A stretch of DNA of 32,218 nt from Enoplolaimus lenunculus (taxonomy: Eukaryota): NCBI GenBank assembly GCA_030248215.1, contig JASANG010002365.1:496001-528218 (forward strand). The letters are read 5' to 3'. The position numbers and the translations under genes were made by a program. Positions 1 through 12,239 of the stretch are shown piece by piece. The notes under the pieces are model-generated. The model had not been told where the DNA came from. It made no database searches and worked only from the letters and a program-made list of their open reading frames with translations. Numbering within the stretch: the first letter of the stretch is position 1; each line of letters begins with the position of its first letter.

Positions 1-217
1 CTAAATCTTAATACAAAATTTTGGTTTTGATTCCTGTTGGCGGCGACATTAAATATTGGTTCAATTATAAAAAACCATGACAAAGTAAAATAAAATAATA
101 ACTGCCAAATTAAACGTAATGCCAAATCTACAAATTTTAAAACCAAATGAAAAGAGTCCAGAAATCATAATTTAACTATATGTTATATTACTTACAAGAT
201 AGTTTTTTAAACCAAAA

Positions 218-295
218 GTAAGGATTACGCTATACTTGCCGTACGCCGGCGCGCTGTGGCGTAGGGCAGAGTATAAAGTATAGCATAACCCTTAC
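218..295. mobile_element. Short palindromic MITE-like element
   Basis: Imperfect inverted repeats GTAAGGATTACGCTATACTT ... AAGTATAGCATAACCCTTAC. A related left end (GCGCTATACTTGTACGGC) occurs near 10540. Confidence 0.5.
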
Positions 296-569
296 GCAAC
301 ATAAAACATTGTTGTCTAAAATTTTAAAAATGATCAGCAAAAATATTTTCACTTAAAATAGCCGTATCCGCAAAAATATTGTGGCTTAAAATAGCCAACT
401 CGATGTAGGCAAGTTTTTATTCAAATACGCCTACACTGCAATATTCTAATTTCCTAATACACGAAACATTACAAACTTGATAATTTCGGACTGTCTGAGC
501 AAAAAACAAACAAATTTCGTAAAACATAAACATTTAAATCTTACATACATCAGGTTCAATTTTTAAAAT

Positions 570-977
570 CAGATGCCAGAGCAAGCTTGGGTAACGACTC
601 CACCCCCGGCAAACTTCCAGGACGGTTCGTCGTTTGCGATGATCAAAATATTTTTCAAATTTTTTTAAATTTTGTTAGGATCAACACCTCTTGTTTGGTG
701 GGTGTCTGTCCAAATGGAAGATTTCGGGCGGTGGCTGTTTCAGCTGTGCGCAAAAATTGACTCAAATTCAAATTTGTATTTTTGAAAAAAATAAAAATTT
801 CCCAACTACAAATACCCAAAATATTTTTCAAATTTTTTTTCTTAAAATCTTGTTAGGATCGACACCTCTTGTTTGGTGGGTGTCTGTCCAAATGGAAGAT
901 TTCGGACGGTGGATGTTTCAGCTGTGTGCAAAAATTGACTCAAATTCAAATTTGTATTTTTGAAAAAAATAAAAATT
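570..977 (-). repeat. Dispersed repeat family member with an internal ~175-bp direct duplication (about 645-799 and 818-977)
   Basis: Two near-identical copies of ...TTGTTAGGATCRACACCTCTTGTTTGGTGGGTGTCTGTCCAAATGGAAGATTTCGG.... The reverse complement resembles about 16425-16570 and 30485-30870 (shared AAAAATATTTTGATCATC...CCTGGAA). Confidence 0.75.
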
Positions 978-1001
978 AAAAATTGCTCAACAACAACAAA
1001 C

Positions 1002-2241
1002 CATTGGCTTTCATCGACATCAGCCTAACGCTGTTCAAATACGTCGCACGTGGCGTCGTACGTTCATTGAAATGATAATGCGGTGCGGTCTCAAGGACCC
1101 ATTGAGCGTCCAATTGACGCATATCTTTCAAATAGTCTTTCACTGATTGGGCTTGAAAAAAGCATTCCGATCGGCCGTGTTCTGATTGGCCAACGTTATC
1201 GTGAAATATAAACGCTGCTTTGGTGTAATTAAATTGTCGAAAAATTGTCAGCACAAATTTAGCTAACATCGAGTACGATCCGTTCATACGTGTGAGTAAA
1301 TCGTACTGATTTCGTTTCGCCGTAAATTCAGGCACCATCGCGCCTGGAGTAATGATCGGCACCCCACCGTCCCAAAATGGTGACATTCGCGCAACTGGAG
1401 CCAACGCGTAGACACAAACCAATCCGATGATCACGTTGATTTTATCTTGTCTGTAGCGTTCAACTGCGCGTACAGGACCAATAATATCGCTGCATTCTGA
1501 GTCAAGGAATGTTGGATGTAACGCGAGCGAATAATGTGGATTCACATACCGTAACGCCATCGCTATGATTGGTTCAGCTTCTTGTCGCGTGATTCGTAAC
1601 GGATTTTGTGGTGGTTTGTCAACTTTAAACGGTACCATAACTATGATTTCATTGGGTGCAACTTGTGACGTTAACTGATGAGCGTGGCTAATCGATTGTA
1701 ATACAGTTGAGGGCGCATCTTGCTGAACGGCAAAATGTGCTCCAGTACTCGCTCCAGGCAACTCGTGCACGATTTCATTTTCGACCGCGAGCAGTTCACG
1801 GTTCGTCCGTCGAGCGCTGCGACTCTGAACCCGAGGGGCGAGCTTGTCCCGACCCACGTCAATCGATGAGTTATTCGGAAGGTGATGATGTTTCAAATTT
1901 CGCCTGCTAGACTCGACATCTTGAGCTGTATTATCAAAATTATGGCTTTTATTGTCATTTAAGCTTTCCAATCTACTGCTGAACGCAGATATTTCAACCT
2001 GAGGCCTTTTGAAATCGCGTATCTTAGTTGAATTAAACCTTGGATTGTCATAATTAATTCTTGCATTATTAACTACATCGTTAAATAATAATTGATGTCG
2101 AGCAATTAGTGCATCATCATTCACGTTGTAAGCATTTCGTGATCTGTTTGCCGATGTTATTTCTGCAGTTACACACAACGTTACTGTGCTTGCAATAATT
2201 GCAATTGCAATTAGCTGCGATCCTGCAACACACATACACAT
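1002..2241 (-). CDS. First coding exon A of a natriuretic peptide receptor-like / receptor guanylyl cyclase: signal peptide, long spacer, N-terminal ANF_receptor ectodomain; partial, gene continues left of the window
   Basis: The ORF track start at 2262 is GTG; the first in-frame ATG is at 2241. Hydrophobic N-terminus (LIAIAIIASTVTLCVTA). NPR-type motifs DSECS...IIGLVCVYALAPVARMS.FW..PIITPGA, Y.LLTRM, ECFF. The ORF ends AAT G|GTTTGT: the exon ends at 1002 and the phase-1 donor GT is at 1001-1000. The LLLLSNF tail is intron read-through. Confidence 0.9.
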
Positions 2242-2323
2242 ACCAAGCTGAATACGGTACACACGATAACGAGTGTAACATTAAGAGTATAATGATTTTG
2301 CAGTTTTTAATAGTAAACTAGAA

Positions 2324-2419
2324 TTAATATATATTATATATTATATATTATATATATTATATATTATATATTATATATATTATATATTATATATTATATA
2401 TATTATATATAATATATAT
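2324..2419. repeat. (TA)/(TATAT)n microsatellite just upstream of exon A
   Basis: About 95 bp of pure A/T alternating repeat. Confidence 0.95.
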
Positions 2420-2589
2420 CTCAAGACAATTTGTCGCCCGGCTTAGGGGCTGCGCTGTATTCACCGCGAATGATGACAAAAAATAATTTTTAAAACCGCA
2501 CAGCCCTGGGCGGAAATCTAAAATATACCTTTATTTAGACAGCGAAATAGCGCGTAATTTTGTGCCAAATCAAATATTATAACAGGTAT

Positions 2590-2750
2590 CACGATAATTC
2601 GTCGCCCGACAACTTATAATCCTAAATTTTATTGACTCGACAATTCATCACTCATCATTACGTTTAGGTTTAGGTTTAGAATCACACGTAGGATTATGCT
2701 TAGATTGATTAATCGGTTCTAGAACACTGTCAGGCGACGAATTACCGCAG
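2590..2750. mobile_element. MITE family K (GACAATTCGTCGCCCGACAACTT-type ends); other copies at about 21945-22110 and 28822-29305
   Basis: Shared terminal motif CGAYAATTYGTCRCCCGACAACTT with an inverted counterpart. Degenerate TTAGGY hexamers inside. Confidence 0.65.
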
Positions 2751-2768
2751 ATTCAGTATAACATGTAG

Positions 2769-3165
2769 GGCGCATGTTACTTTAAGGGTGTGTCCACGTT
2801 TCTGGTGGGTCTATAATAGAGTAGGTTTAGATTGTAGATTACATTTTTTTGCTTAGGATTAGGCTTAGAAACTTATTTTTGCAACCCTTAGGCTTAGGCT
2901 TAGAAACTCATTTTTGCAACGCTTAGGCTTAGGCTTAGGCTTAGAAACTCATTTTTGCAACGCTTAGGCTTAGTCTTAGGCTAAGGCTTAGAAACACATT
3001 TTTGCAACGCCTAGGCTTAGGCTTAGGCTTAGAAACACATTTTTGTAACGCTTAGGCTTAGGCTTAGGCCTAGGCTTAGAAACTCATTTTTGCAACGCTT
3101 AGGCTTAGGCTTAGGCTTAGGAACACGCTTAATCTGTTGTTACGCCCCTTAAAGTAACATTGGCC
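2769..3165 (+). mobile_element. Telomere-repeat-carrying MITE (GGCC termini, 8-bp TSD; Merlin-like) with internal tandem amplification
   Basis: Terminal inverted repeats GGCGCATGTTACTTTAAGGG / CCCTTAAAGTAACATTGGCC; flanks ACATGTAG / ACATAGAG (6/8). Interior is (TTAGGC)2-4 plus AAACWCATTTTTGCAACGC units. Confidence 0.8.
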
Positions 3166-3360
3166 ACATAGAGTTATGTTACGTTTTCCGATTGGTTAAA
3201 CTTCAAAGTCGAAAACTTACTAAGTAAACTCTAGTCACCAAAGACATAATGCTTATTTACATTTATACAACAAACTAACAGCATACACACAAGCGCACCG
3301 ATAACAGTATTAGCTTTAATCCAAAAATACCAAAAACATCCATAAATTACATCGTGGTGT

Positions 3361-3532
3361 CGGGTCCGTATCCCACAGCGGGACCAGGCGGCGGCACTCA
3401 GTCCACCGGTGAAAAATTTCACCTTTCCCCTGTGAAAATTTTCAACCTTGCTTGTACGTTTACACAAAACCTTTATATGCCCCTCCTGAACAATTTTTAG
3501 ACCCTAGAAATGTGCGCTGGCTATGGGGCCTG
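3361..3532 (+). mobile_element. hAT-like MITE family B
   Basis: Termini CGGGTCCGTA...TGGGGCCTG with a perfect 8-bp TSD CGTGGTGT. Conserved core GAAAATTTTCAACCTTGCTTGTA...GCCCCTCCTGAA. Confidence 0.85.
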
Positions 3533-4205
3533 CGTGGTGTCCTTGTGTACCTTCGCTATCCTGAACTGGTTCATCCCAAACGCCAATTGAACTTCATCGC
3601 AGCCAGATCAGCGGCTACAACAACAACAACCCCGAATCTGATTGGATAACGGCCCGATAACCAATCAGATAATTAAAGTCAACCAGGTGTTAAATCTTAT
3701 TTTGTTTCAATATTCATAGGCACCGGTGCATTTGACTTAGTACAAACGCACGTTCCTTATCAACCAAAAATTACCAAAACTTAATCTTAAGCCTAAGAGT
3801 TACCGTTACATATCTGAACATTTCAAAACCTGTCGGTAAACTGTCCATCAGCTTGAAAAGCTTAAAAAATAATTATCATTGGATGCGAAAAAACCCAAGA
3901 TAACAAAAACAATATTTGCTCTTGGCTTAAGAACACTTGCCCGATTCGCGCACAACAGTTTTTTTTTCAATTTGGCTAATTTTCCGAAAGTATGAACCAG
4001 GTACCTATCTTATATCAGTACGGTCTACTTTAGAATATTCAAGCTAATTTAATTTTAAACCAATCAAAGCTGCGATATACAACTTTAATTAATATGTGCT
4101 CAAAGACGATAAGTATGCATTTTACCTTACTACTCGGATTATGGAATATCAGTCGTTAATTGTGTTCAAAATAGAACCCGAGTCTACTAGAAAGTGTTCA
4201 CAAAT

Positions 4206-5021
4206 AGCAGGATATACAACGAGAGGGATAGAATGTAGCAAGTTTTGCTTAAGTAATTACTTAAGTCGCCGACTGAAAGTAAATACTTAACTTTTTGGAT
4301 AAATACAAAATAATGCCAGGTTTGCGCAAGAGGATATTAATAATCTTCAAGCATTAGCCTGTACCATACCAAAAACTTACATTTATTTATGTGTTTATTA
4401 CAGGGTGCAATCGGAATTCCGATTCCGATTATAATTCCGATTCAAAACGAGTTGCGATTCCGATTCCGGTTGCATAATCAATCGGAATTGGAATTTTCAC
4501 TTTTTTAATTTTACGCCTATTTGTTGTAATATGTTTTATAAAAATTCTACATCATTTATGTATTAAATTGTTTTCGATACGTTAACATATCAATAATTGA
4601 TTGTAGTTTAGCGTTACAGAGCCAACAAAATGATTGCCAATTTGTTCATGCGACGTTTTTGAGAACTATTGCAAGCAACAGACACCCTAAATCAATATTA
4701 TACTCAACACAAATTATCCGTATACTCACAAAATTTGTTGTTCTGAATCCTATTCCGATTCCGGTATAAATTTGCTGTTCAGATTCCTATTCCGTTTCCG
4801 GTATAATCCAGTTCCGCTTTGCACCCTGGTATTTAACTCAACTACCCTTTTAGAAACATCAAATTGGTTAAGTAATTGCTTACGTGACAACTATATACTT
4901 AAGTATAAAGTTTTACCTACCTTAGTAAAGCTTCTGATACCCAGCCAATAATGGTTAAGTAACTACTTAGCACAAACTTAACTACTAAGTCGATGTTAAA
5001 CAAGGTTTCAGAAACCCAGCC
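4206..5021. mobile_element. Degenerate copy or copies of the GGCTGGGTTTC-ended element (family E), host of the 4401-4828 insertion
   Basis: Right ends ...ATACCCAGCC and ...GAAACCCAGCC near 4945 and 5021, each followed by AAT. ACTTAAGT palindromes as in 20283-20642. Left end uncertain. Confidence 0.5.
4401..4828. mobile_element. hAT-like MITE with ATTCCG subterminal repeats, nested in an older element
   Basis: Terminal inverted repeats CAGGGTGCAA / TTGCACCCTG; degenerate 8-bp flanks GTTTATTA / GTATTTAA; repeated ATTCCG near both ends. Confidence 0.75.
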
Positions 5022-5438
5022 AATATTTCTGGAGAGACAAAAAGCATTTTATCCTGTTTTAGAATTAAAATCAGGTTCATTGAGGTCAAAAAATTGCTTT
5101 TTACATCAGGTTACACCCCCCAAAGTATAATTCTGCCCAAACGTCGGCGAAAGATGAAAGTTAAAAGGTTATAAAATTCTTTCTATTCGATACTCGTTAC
5201 ATCGGTTTTTGAGTTTTTAAGTCTTAAAATACAGAAATCAGACACTGGTTGAAAGCTGAGATATTCACACGTACGATTAACTGATAAGACACTTAATTAA
5301 CCAAGTTTCAATTTTCGCATGCTTACACGGCCACTCTTCCATGCGAAATCTCACCGACCCTAATAATATCGCTAAATTTCAACCATTGCAAAACACTTGA
5401 AGAAAAATCCTATTTCTTAAGCATCATTAATCAAATGC

Positions 5439-5622
5439 GACCTATGTAAAGATCAGAGGCGGAACGTTTCGCTGTCGAACTGGAATAGAGTAAGCTTAAG
5501 CTTTAGACTTATTTTTTTGCTTGGCTTAGACTTAGGCTTAAGCTTAGGCTTAGGCTTAAGCTTAAGCTTAGGCTTAGGAATATGCATACAATACTGTTCC
5601 GCCCCGGTTGTCTACATTGGAC
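5439..5622 (+). mobile_element. Telomere-repeat-carrying MITE (Merlin-like)
   Basis: Ends GACCTATGTA / TACATTGGAC; flanks TCAAATGC / AAAAATGC (6/8); about 9 TTAGGC/TTAAGC hexamers. Confidence 0.75.
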
Positions 5623-6307
5623 AAAAATGCCAATCTCGGTTAAAAACTGTCCCATGAACCGTTTAGTTTCATTGCGATCCAGCATATACGTGGCCGGGAG
5701 GGTCGGGATCAAGCACCCCCTGGTAGCAACAGAAATTTAGTGCGCTGCAACATCTGAGAGCAAATTTTTTTCATATCTCAACAGAATTGCTAAATTTCGC
5801 TCCACAGGTAATATTTCACATTTCGTATTTCTAGTAACCGAAAGTTTCGCACTCCTGGTCAGGTCCGCAAGGGTGGAAACCGGCCATCCCCCTATATCAC
5901 TAGACTACTCGCGTAGTATCGAGTAAATTCCCCGTATGGTATCAAATAATACCCTCCACTTAATTGAAGGGACGGGGGTAACTTTACTTGATCCCAACGC
6001 CGAAACTCCCTTTGGCTCCCGTTTTGATGGTACGTCCCAGCTAAAGTATTAACACAACCTTAGACACAACCAAAAGCCATATTTAGCATTATACAAGTCT
6101 ATAAATGACAGCTAAAAACAAAATCTACAGTTTTAGTTTAACGACTAATATATGCACGGACCGACTTGGGGGCTCAAAAGGCCTCGAATACAATACATAT
6201 ACGCCAATTTAGAAAATGGCTGAAATTTGAAACCAACCGTATATATATTACAATATATATATACAAAAATGACAACACAGAAAGAACCATTACTACAGTC
6301 ATCATAC

Positions 6308-6476
6308 CAAGCCCGTAGCCAGATCACCGCCGTTCTGGGGGGGGCTAAACATTTTTCAGGAGGGGCATCCAAATGTTTTCGATGACTTACAAGCAAGATT
6401 GAAAAATTTCTAGGGCGCGACAAAAATGTTCCAGGAGGGTTCGGCCGCTTACTGCCCCCTCTGGCGAGCAAGGCCG
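6308..6476 (-). mobile_element. hAT-like MITE family B
   Basis: Begins CAAGCCCGTAGCCAG and carries the reverse complement of the family B core. Right end degenerate. Confidence 0.7.
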
Positions 6477-7012
6477 CTGCTGCGGTATTGTACGCAGTGG
6501 TGTAGCCAGAGGGGGCAGCTAGGGTCCAATGTCGCCTTTGCGATTCTTGCCACCAGGGTATTAGCCGTGTTTTCACTTGGTAGCACAAAAATCAAATTTC
6601 GTTATATTAAACATTGTCGGGTACTTAGACACAATTTTTGCCATATTTAGAATTAAGGCTCGAATAGGTTTAGATAACCGTCGTTTGGACTCATGATTTA
6701 AGTCCAGGCAAGCGTTTTCCTGAACCTAAAGCTGACCCTCAGCCTAACCCTCAGGTTGATAATAAATGGTGCCAAAAGTGCCTTCTTGGTCCCATAATCC
6801 TTGCCACGCTCCATGTGCAGTGTTGGCGATATATCAAACCTAATTGATACCCACAACAATAGCAATTACTAAATCTCACCCTAAAAATTTGCCAATTTCC
6901 TCATAAAATCAGGCCAAACTGGTTCAATTTTAGGCAACAGATTGACAAAAACGCGCATCGATTTATCATTTCATTTTAAAGCGAATCTCACCCGAATCGA
7001 AACCTGTTGCCA

Positions 7013-7193
7013 CGGGCCCCGTAGTCAGAGCGGTTTCTAGGGGGGCGGGCTCAGCTCCCCTTGAAAATTTTTTGGCCTCTTTGCCTCCCCCAGACAATTT
7101 TCAAACGTGCTTATAAGTCATCGAAAACCCTTGTATGCCCATCCTGAACAATTTTTTAGCAACCCTAGCAAGGTAAGCTGGCTATAAGGCTTG
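7013..7193 (+). mobile_element. hAT-like MITE family B
   Basis: Family core; flanks TGTTGCCA / TGTAGCCT (6/8). Confidence 0.75.
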
Positions 7194-7293
7194 TGTAGCC
7201 TCTGGATTTCCTATCGAAAGTATACAATCTTATTAGAAAATTTTTCCGTCATCATATTACAGTTTTATGCTTCGAATTGTGTACCCTTTATTA

Positions 7294-7466
7294 CGGGCCC
7301 ATAACCAAGCGGGTATCAGGGGGGTCCAGCACCCTCTCTGCCAAAAATTTTTCCCACCCCCTACAAACTTATCAATTTTGCGTATAAGTCATCGAAACCC
7401 CTTGTATGCCCCTCCTGAAAAAAATTTTCGCGTCCCCACTAGGAAGGTGAACTGGCTACGGTTCTG
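7294..7466 (+). mobile_element. hAT-like MITE family B
   Basis: Family core and CTGGCTACGG..CTG end. TSD not recognisable. Confidence 0.7.
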
Positions 7467-7977
7467 TAGATTCATATTAACCTATCGTTGGTGAAATGGT
7501 CGGCTGAGCCTAATGTTTGCCTAAAACGTTCGACTATTTTGATAAGTATTAGGTTTTGGCAATATAAACCAGTGGTAATTTACCCATTGAAAAGTCGTTG
7601 CGTACTGGTAAAACGGCCTGGAGCCATCACACAAAAGCCAGGAAGATGCAGTTTAAATAAATATACATATACATACACACATATATATAAAGACTGATAA
7701 TGACGTTTTCGAGTATTACTTCAATTATACGGGGGGAGTGAGCTGTCTGCATTGCGCAGTTATTGTATTAATTAAAAATGATTTCGAGGGTCCGTATTCT
7801 CAAATGTGTGTAGCACCAATCATCAATTTGTGATAGGCCTTGTAACTTTCGAACCAGTGAATTGTGATTTATTCTACTTTGGTGTCAGTGTTTGAGTTTC
7901 GCACTTACAGGAGGTCGTAAGTTTGAATATCCAAAGTCGTGGTCACTGGCTACGTCCAAGGCACCAAATGGTACAAT

Positions 7978-8198
7978 CAGGGCCGGAGCAGCCACCCCCC
8001 ATACCCCCATTCTGGGGGGCCCCATCCCTAAAGGGGCCTCCACCCTATAAGTTTCAAAATGTGTCTGGCTTAAATTTATGAAGGCGTGTAGCAAGCTCAA
8101 CAAGCCAGCAGGGTAAAACAATTTTAAAAGGGGCAATGCCAAAAACATTCTGGCTGGGCAGCCGCTCGTTCTCCTGGTCCCCTCTGACTACAGACCTG
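7978..8198 (+). mobile_element. hAT-like MITE family J (CAGGGCCGGAGCAGCC end); other copies at about 19611-19725 and 29649-29802
   Basis: Shared CAGGGCCGGAGCAGCCAC.CCCCATA.CCCCA...GGGGCC..ACCCTA. Right boundary uncertain. Confidence 0.6.
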
Positions 8199-8269
8199 TA
8201 TTAATGGCCTTTCGGCGAGCAAAGTCTACTTTGATTGGCGAACCCATTTTTCCACAGGTAGGCTACTGG

Positions 8270-8395
8270 TTTTTTTCTTAGGCCACGGTTAAGCAGCTTA
8301 GGCTTAGCCTAAAACGCTAAGGTTTAGGCTTAAACTGTTTGTTATGAATATGTTTATACTACTGTGTTAACGCCGCTCAAAGTAACACTGGCTGG
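8270..8395 (+). mobile_element. Degenerate telomere-repeat MITE fragment
   Basis: TTAGGC variants followed by the family right end CTCAAAGTAACACTGGC. Confidence 0.55.
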
Positions 8396-8635
8396 CATTA
8401 GTAAAGGCCGGCCCCCCAAAAAAACGACTAAAGTAACACTTTTTAAGGCTCTCGTACACTTTTTCCCACGTTCAAGATTATGATTTGGACTTAGGCTTAG
8501 GCTTAAGCTTTACGCAATGGTTTCGTTTTAGGCTTAGGTTCGCCTATTTCGAAACCCAGCCCAAGCCTAATCCTAAGCCTGGAGTTTGCGCTTTACACTG
8601 CGATGAGAGTGCGACGCCGCACGGTGCCGTACCGT

Positions 8636-8733
8636 GCCAGACGACCCTGGACGACGCTGGAAGTCGCTGTACGACGCTGGACGACGCTGGAAGTCACTAA
8701 ACGACGCTGGACGACGCTGGACGACGCTGGAAG
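8636..8733. repeat. Short tandem repeat (ACGACGCTGG)n
   Basis: About 7 copies of a 10-mer in three higher-order blocks ending GAAGTC/GAAGGC. Confidence 0.85.
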
Positions 8734-10566
8734 GCATTTAAATAGTCGAAACGTATAATAAACCATTTATTAAATATAGTTCGGTCTATTGCTTTTAAAA
8801 ACAACAGCATATCAACTGAGAATTAATGGTGTTGTCAGCGTATACGCTTTAGCGAAACCACCGTTGCTTAATTAATCTAACCACATGACATTACAAAAAA
8901 TGTGTAATATCGAAATAATATACAGTTTCCGGGAGTTTTAATAAGTAAAAACAGCGAAAACTAAAGCTTTAGACGGCATAGTGAACTAGAACGTGTTAGC
9001 GCGTTTATACAGTATGGAAAAGTTGACAAAAAGCCAAAGTTAGATATCAACCTCATACAGATCAACGACCCTACTTAGGGTCAACCCCTTCTGAAATCGT
9101 CAAGATGACGATGGCCTGAAAACATCCCGACGTTCCGAAACCAAATCCATTTTAAACCGTTTACTCGGTTAAGGTTTCTACTTATTTTTCATACGTCAAA
9201 CAATTGGCACACATAGCATACAGTAAAAAAATTACGTTTCATGCACTCAAAATAATATTTCTGACATTTAAGAAAAAATTTCTTACATTTAAGAAATATG
9301 ATTAGCAAAGTGCACTTGAAAATTATTTCCGTTATAACAGAAAAGTTTTCAAAAAAGTTTTGAAATAAAGTTTGAAAATAAACGTTTTCTAGTTATTTTT
9401 TAGAAAAATTGTCTTAAATATCACAAAAACTTTTCAGATTTGCCACAGAAAATACTGTTCTGTACAAATTCAGAAATTATTTTTTTGTGTGTAGCATTTG
9501 CCAGCCACCGCCTACCGTCACAAATTTCAGGATCCTTCGCTGTGCTAAATCGCATTGTTTTAAATGTCTCAACCCACCGCCCCCCCCGAAAAAAAATGCC
9601 CCGCTCCTGCAAAATATTCTAAGAGTCGAATAATATGGATTGTTTTAAATTCCCAAAATTCAAATACACACCGAGGCGAGTAACGAGGCGATTGCTGATG
9701 AGCATAAAATAATAACAATTTAAGCACTGTAAACATAAACTAAAAACTAGAAAACGATAGAAATAACAGTTTTTTTTGCTAGCTCTCTGTCCGCGAATAA
9801 TGTCGAAGCTATACAACATTTCTGACACAGCAGGGGCCACCCCCCCAATAACGTATACGTTAGCTACCAAACGCGCGCGTTAGAAGCCAAACACAATTTT
9901 AGTACTAAATAAATCATCTTTGATTTGATTCAAGTTGCGCACACAGTCATGGCCGTCTCTGGCTGAGACGGCGCCCGTTTGATCAGCCAATGGCTGCCGA
10001 ATACCAAAAAAACACTCAATAGACGCAGAGAATTTACAATATTCTTGCATTATACCCCCCCCCCCAATACGACCCATCATAATATATATATTATACATAT
10101 AGAACATAGAAAAAATACATATAGAACATAGAAAATAAAATATAAACGCAAGCCGTTGCGTAAAAATTCCAACATTCACTATACGCTTTTATTATATACA
10201 GCAACATTTGATTTTTTGATGGTAAAACACATGCCGCTGTATTGGTAACTATAGTTACGGCGACAGCTTCACAGATACGAACCAGCCGTGCCCGATGGAA
10301 AATTTTCTAGACGGGCCAAAATATTTCCCGGGGCGCGGTTTCGGGATTCGATCCAGTAGCTGTGGTGCAATACAATGAAAATCAATTATTTGGGGGGAGG
10401 GATGATGTAGGCCGTCTCCTCGCTGCCGTTCTGGTTTCAAACCAGTTAACTTGAAACTCACCTGATTCCTAATTATAACCATATCTAAGAATAGAATATT
10501 TTAGGGTCGCAAAAACGTTTAGGCTTAGAATTTTTTTAGGGTAGCGCTATACTTGTACGGCGCTGT

Positions 10567-10731
10567 CGGTCTCGTAGCTGGGGGGGCCCAGGGGGGCTTA
10601 GCCCCCCCCCTGGAAAATTTTGGGCCCCTCCTAGAAAGTTTTCAACCTTGCTTGTAACTCATTGAAAACCCTTGAACGCCCCTCCTAAAAAATTTTAGCA
10701 CCTATAGCATGGTGAGCTGGCTACGGGGCTG
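10567..10731 (+). mobile_element. hAT-like MITE family B
   Basis: Family core; flanks GGCGCTGT / GTCGCCGT (6/8). Confidence 0.75.
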
Positions 10732-10871
10732 GTCGCCGTCCGTCATTATACGGTATTATACTTGAGTAAATTCAAGTATGATACCGCACGGTGACGTGCG
10801 GTGACGTACGGAGTCCCTATGTCAAAGATTAAAAAACTAAATTTTGTTACATTGACCTTATTGTCACTTTG

Positions 10872-11018
10872 ACAGGGGAACACCAAACATTTTTCAGGAG
10901 GGGCAAACAATGGTTTTCGATGACTTGCAAGCAAAGTTGAAAAAACTTTTTTACGGGGGCCAAAACTGTTTCAGTGGGTATAATCTCCCCCTGGTTTCGC
11001 TTGGCTATGTGGTGCCCA
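10872..11018 (-). mobile_element. hAT-like MITE family B (partial)
   Basis: Reverse-complement core TTTTCAGGAGGGGCA...TTTTCGATGACTTGCAAGCAAAGTTGAAAA. Confidence 0.65.
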
Positions 11019-11259
11019 GGACTTTATATTGTTTTCGTCAAAACTCGTTGCATTCAAAAATGAAACAAACCAAAATGAAAATTTGCGTCATGTGCCAAAA
11101 TTCTCACCCCCCATTTTAATTTAGATTGAAAAATAAGGCCAGATTGTCGTCAAACGCAGGTCAATTTCAAAATTGCAAACTTGAACAAAAATAATTATCG
11201 ACAACATTAATACGCTTAGAATTATCACCTGAAGAAATTAAATTTTTATCCTTCTGCGA

Positions 11260-11717
11260 TAAAAGAGTAGGTTTATATTCTAGATTACATTTTTTTGCTT
11301 AGGCTTAGGCTTAGGCTTAGGCATAGAAACACATTTTTGCAACGTTTAGGCTTAGGCTTTAGGCTTAGGCTTAGAAACACATTTTTGCAACGTTTAGGCT
11401 TAGGCTTTAGGCTTAGGCTTAGAAACACATTTTTGCAACGTTTAGGCTTAGGCTTTAGGCTTAGGCTTAGAAACACATTTTTGCAACGTTTAGGCTTAGG
11501 CTTTAGGCTTAGGCTTAGAAACACATTTTTGCAACGTTTAGGCTTAGGCTTAGGCTTAGAAACACATTTTTGCAACGTTTAGGCTTAGGCTTAGGCTTAG
11601 AAACACACTTTTGCAACGCTTAGGCTTAGGCATAGAAACACATTTTTGCAACACTTAGGCTTAGGCTTATAGGAACACACAAAACTTACTGTTACACCCC
11701 TCAAAGTAACATTGGCC
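11260..11717 (+). mobile_element. Telomere-repeat MITE (left end lost) with an array of ~39-45-bp units
   Basis: About 8 units of AAACACATTTTTGCAACG plus (TTAGGC)2-4; right end CCCTCAAAGTAACATTGGCC. Same subfamily as 2769-3165. Confidence 0.8.
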
Positions 11718-11928
11718 CTTCAACTGATGATAAACAGTAAAAAGCGGATGTTGGCGAGTTAAAGCTACCGCTGGCCGTCAACGTGCGCTTAATTCATTCT
11801 TTTCTACACTGAATGTACTCAGTTGCGCACTCTTGTAAAAAGAGGACATCCGACACTCTTGATTTGGCCAATAACACATTATTATTTGTTACAAGTTAAT
11901 AAGCATTTGACATGTGGCAAGTGGTACT

Positions 11929-12095
11929 CGGGACCGTAGCCAAGTGGGGGGGCAGGGGGCTCAGTCCCCCGTGAAAAAATATTGGCCCCCTGGAAAATGT
12001 TCAACCTTTGCTTATAAGTCAATAAAATTCCTTGAATGCCCCTCTTGAAAAGTTTTCACCCCCCACTCCCGCAAGATGAGCTGGCTTCGGGCCTG
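11929..12095 (+). mobile_element. hAT-like MITE family B
   Basis: Termini CGGGACCGTAGCCA / TGGCTTCGGGCCTG; TSD GTGGTACT / GTTGTACT (7/8). Confidence 0.85.
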
Positions 12096-12239
12096 GTTGT
12101 ACTATTATTGCAAATGGCTTGTCGTCGTATTTCAAAATAAACAAACAAGGTAAATAAACAAAATAATAAATAAACAAAAATATTTTAATAATTCAAAACA
12201 AACCAAGCCTAAACTAAAGGATCTAATGGAGCTGGCTTC

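Noticed and set aside
1671..1910. Short ORFs overlapping exon A (and 24933-25130 overlapping exon B)
   Set aside because: Alternative-frame or antisense shadows of real coding exons.
7885..8148. Minus-strand ORF with a GTAAGT donor near 7908 as the missing receptor exon 2
   Set aside because: It overlaps a family J MITE and lacks the expected VIxxC/NPR motifs.
5796..8263. TCCACAG|GTA motifs at about 5807 and 8257 as recursive splice sites
   Set aside because: No evidence that this region is transcribed on the + strand; compatible with chance.
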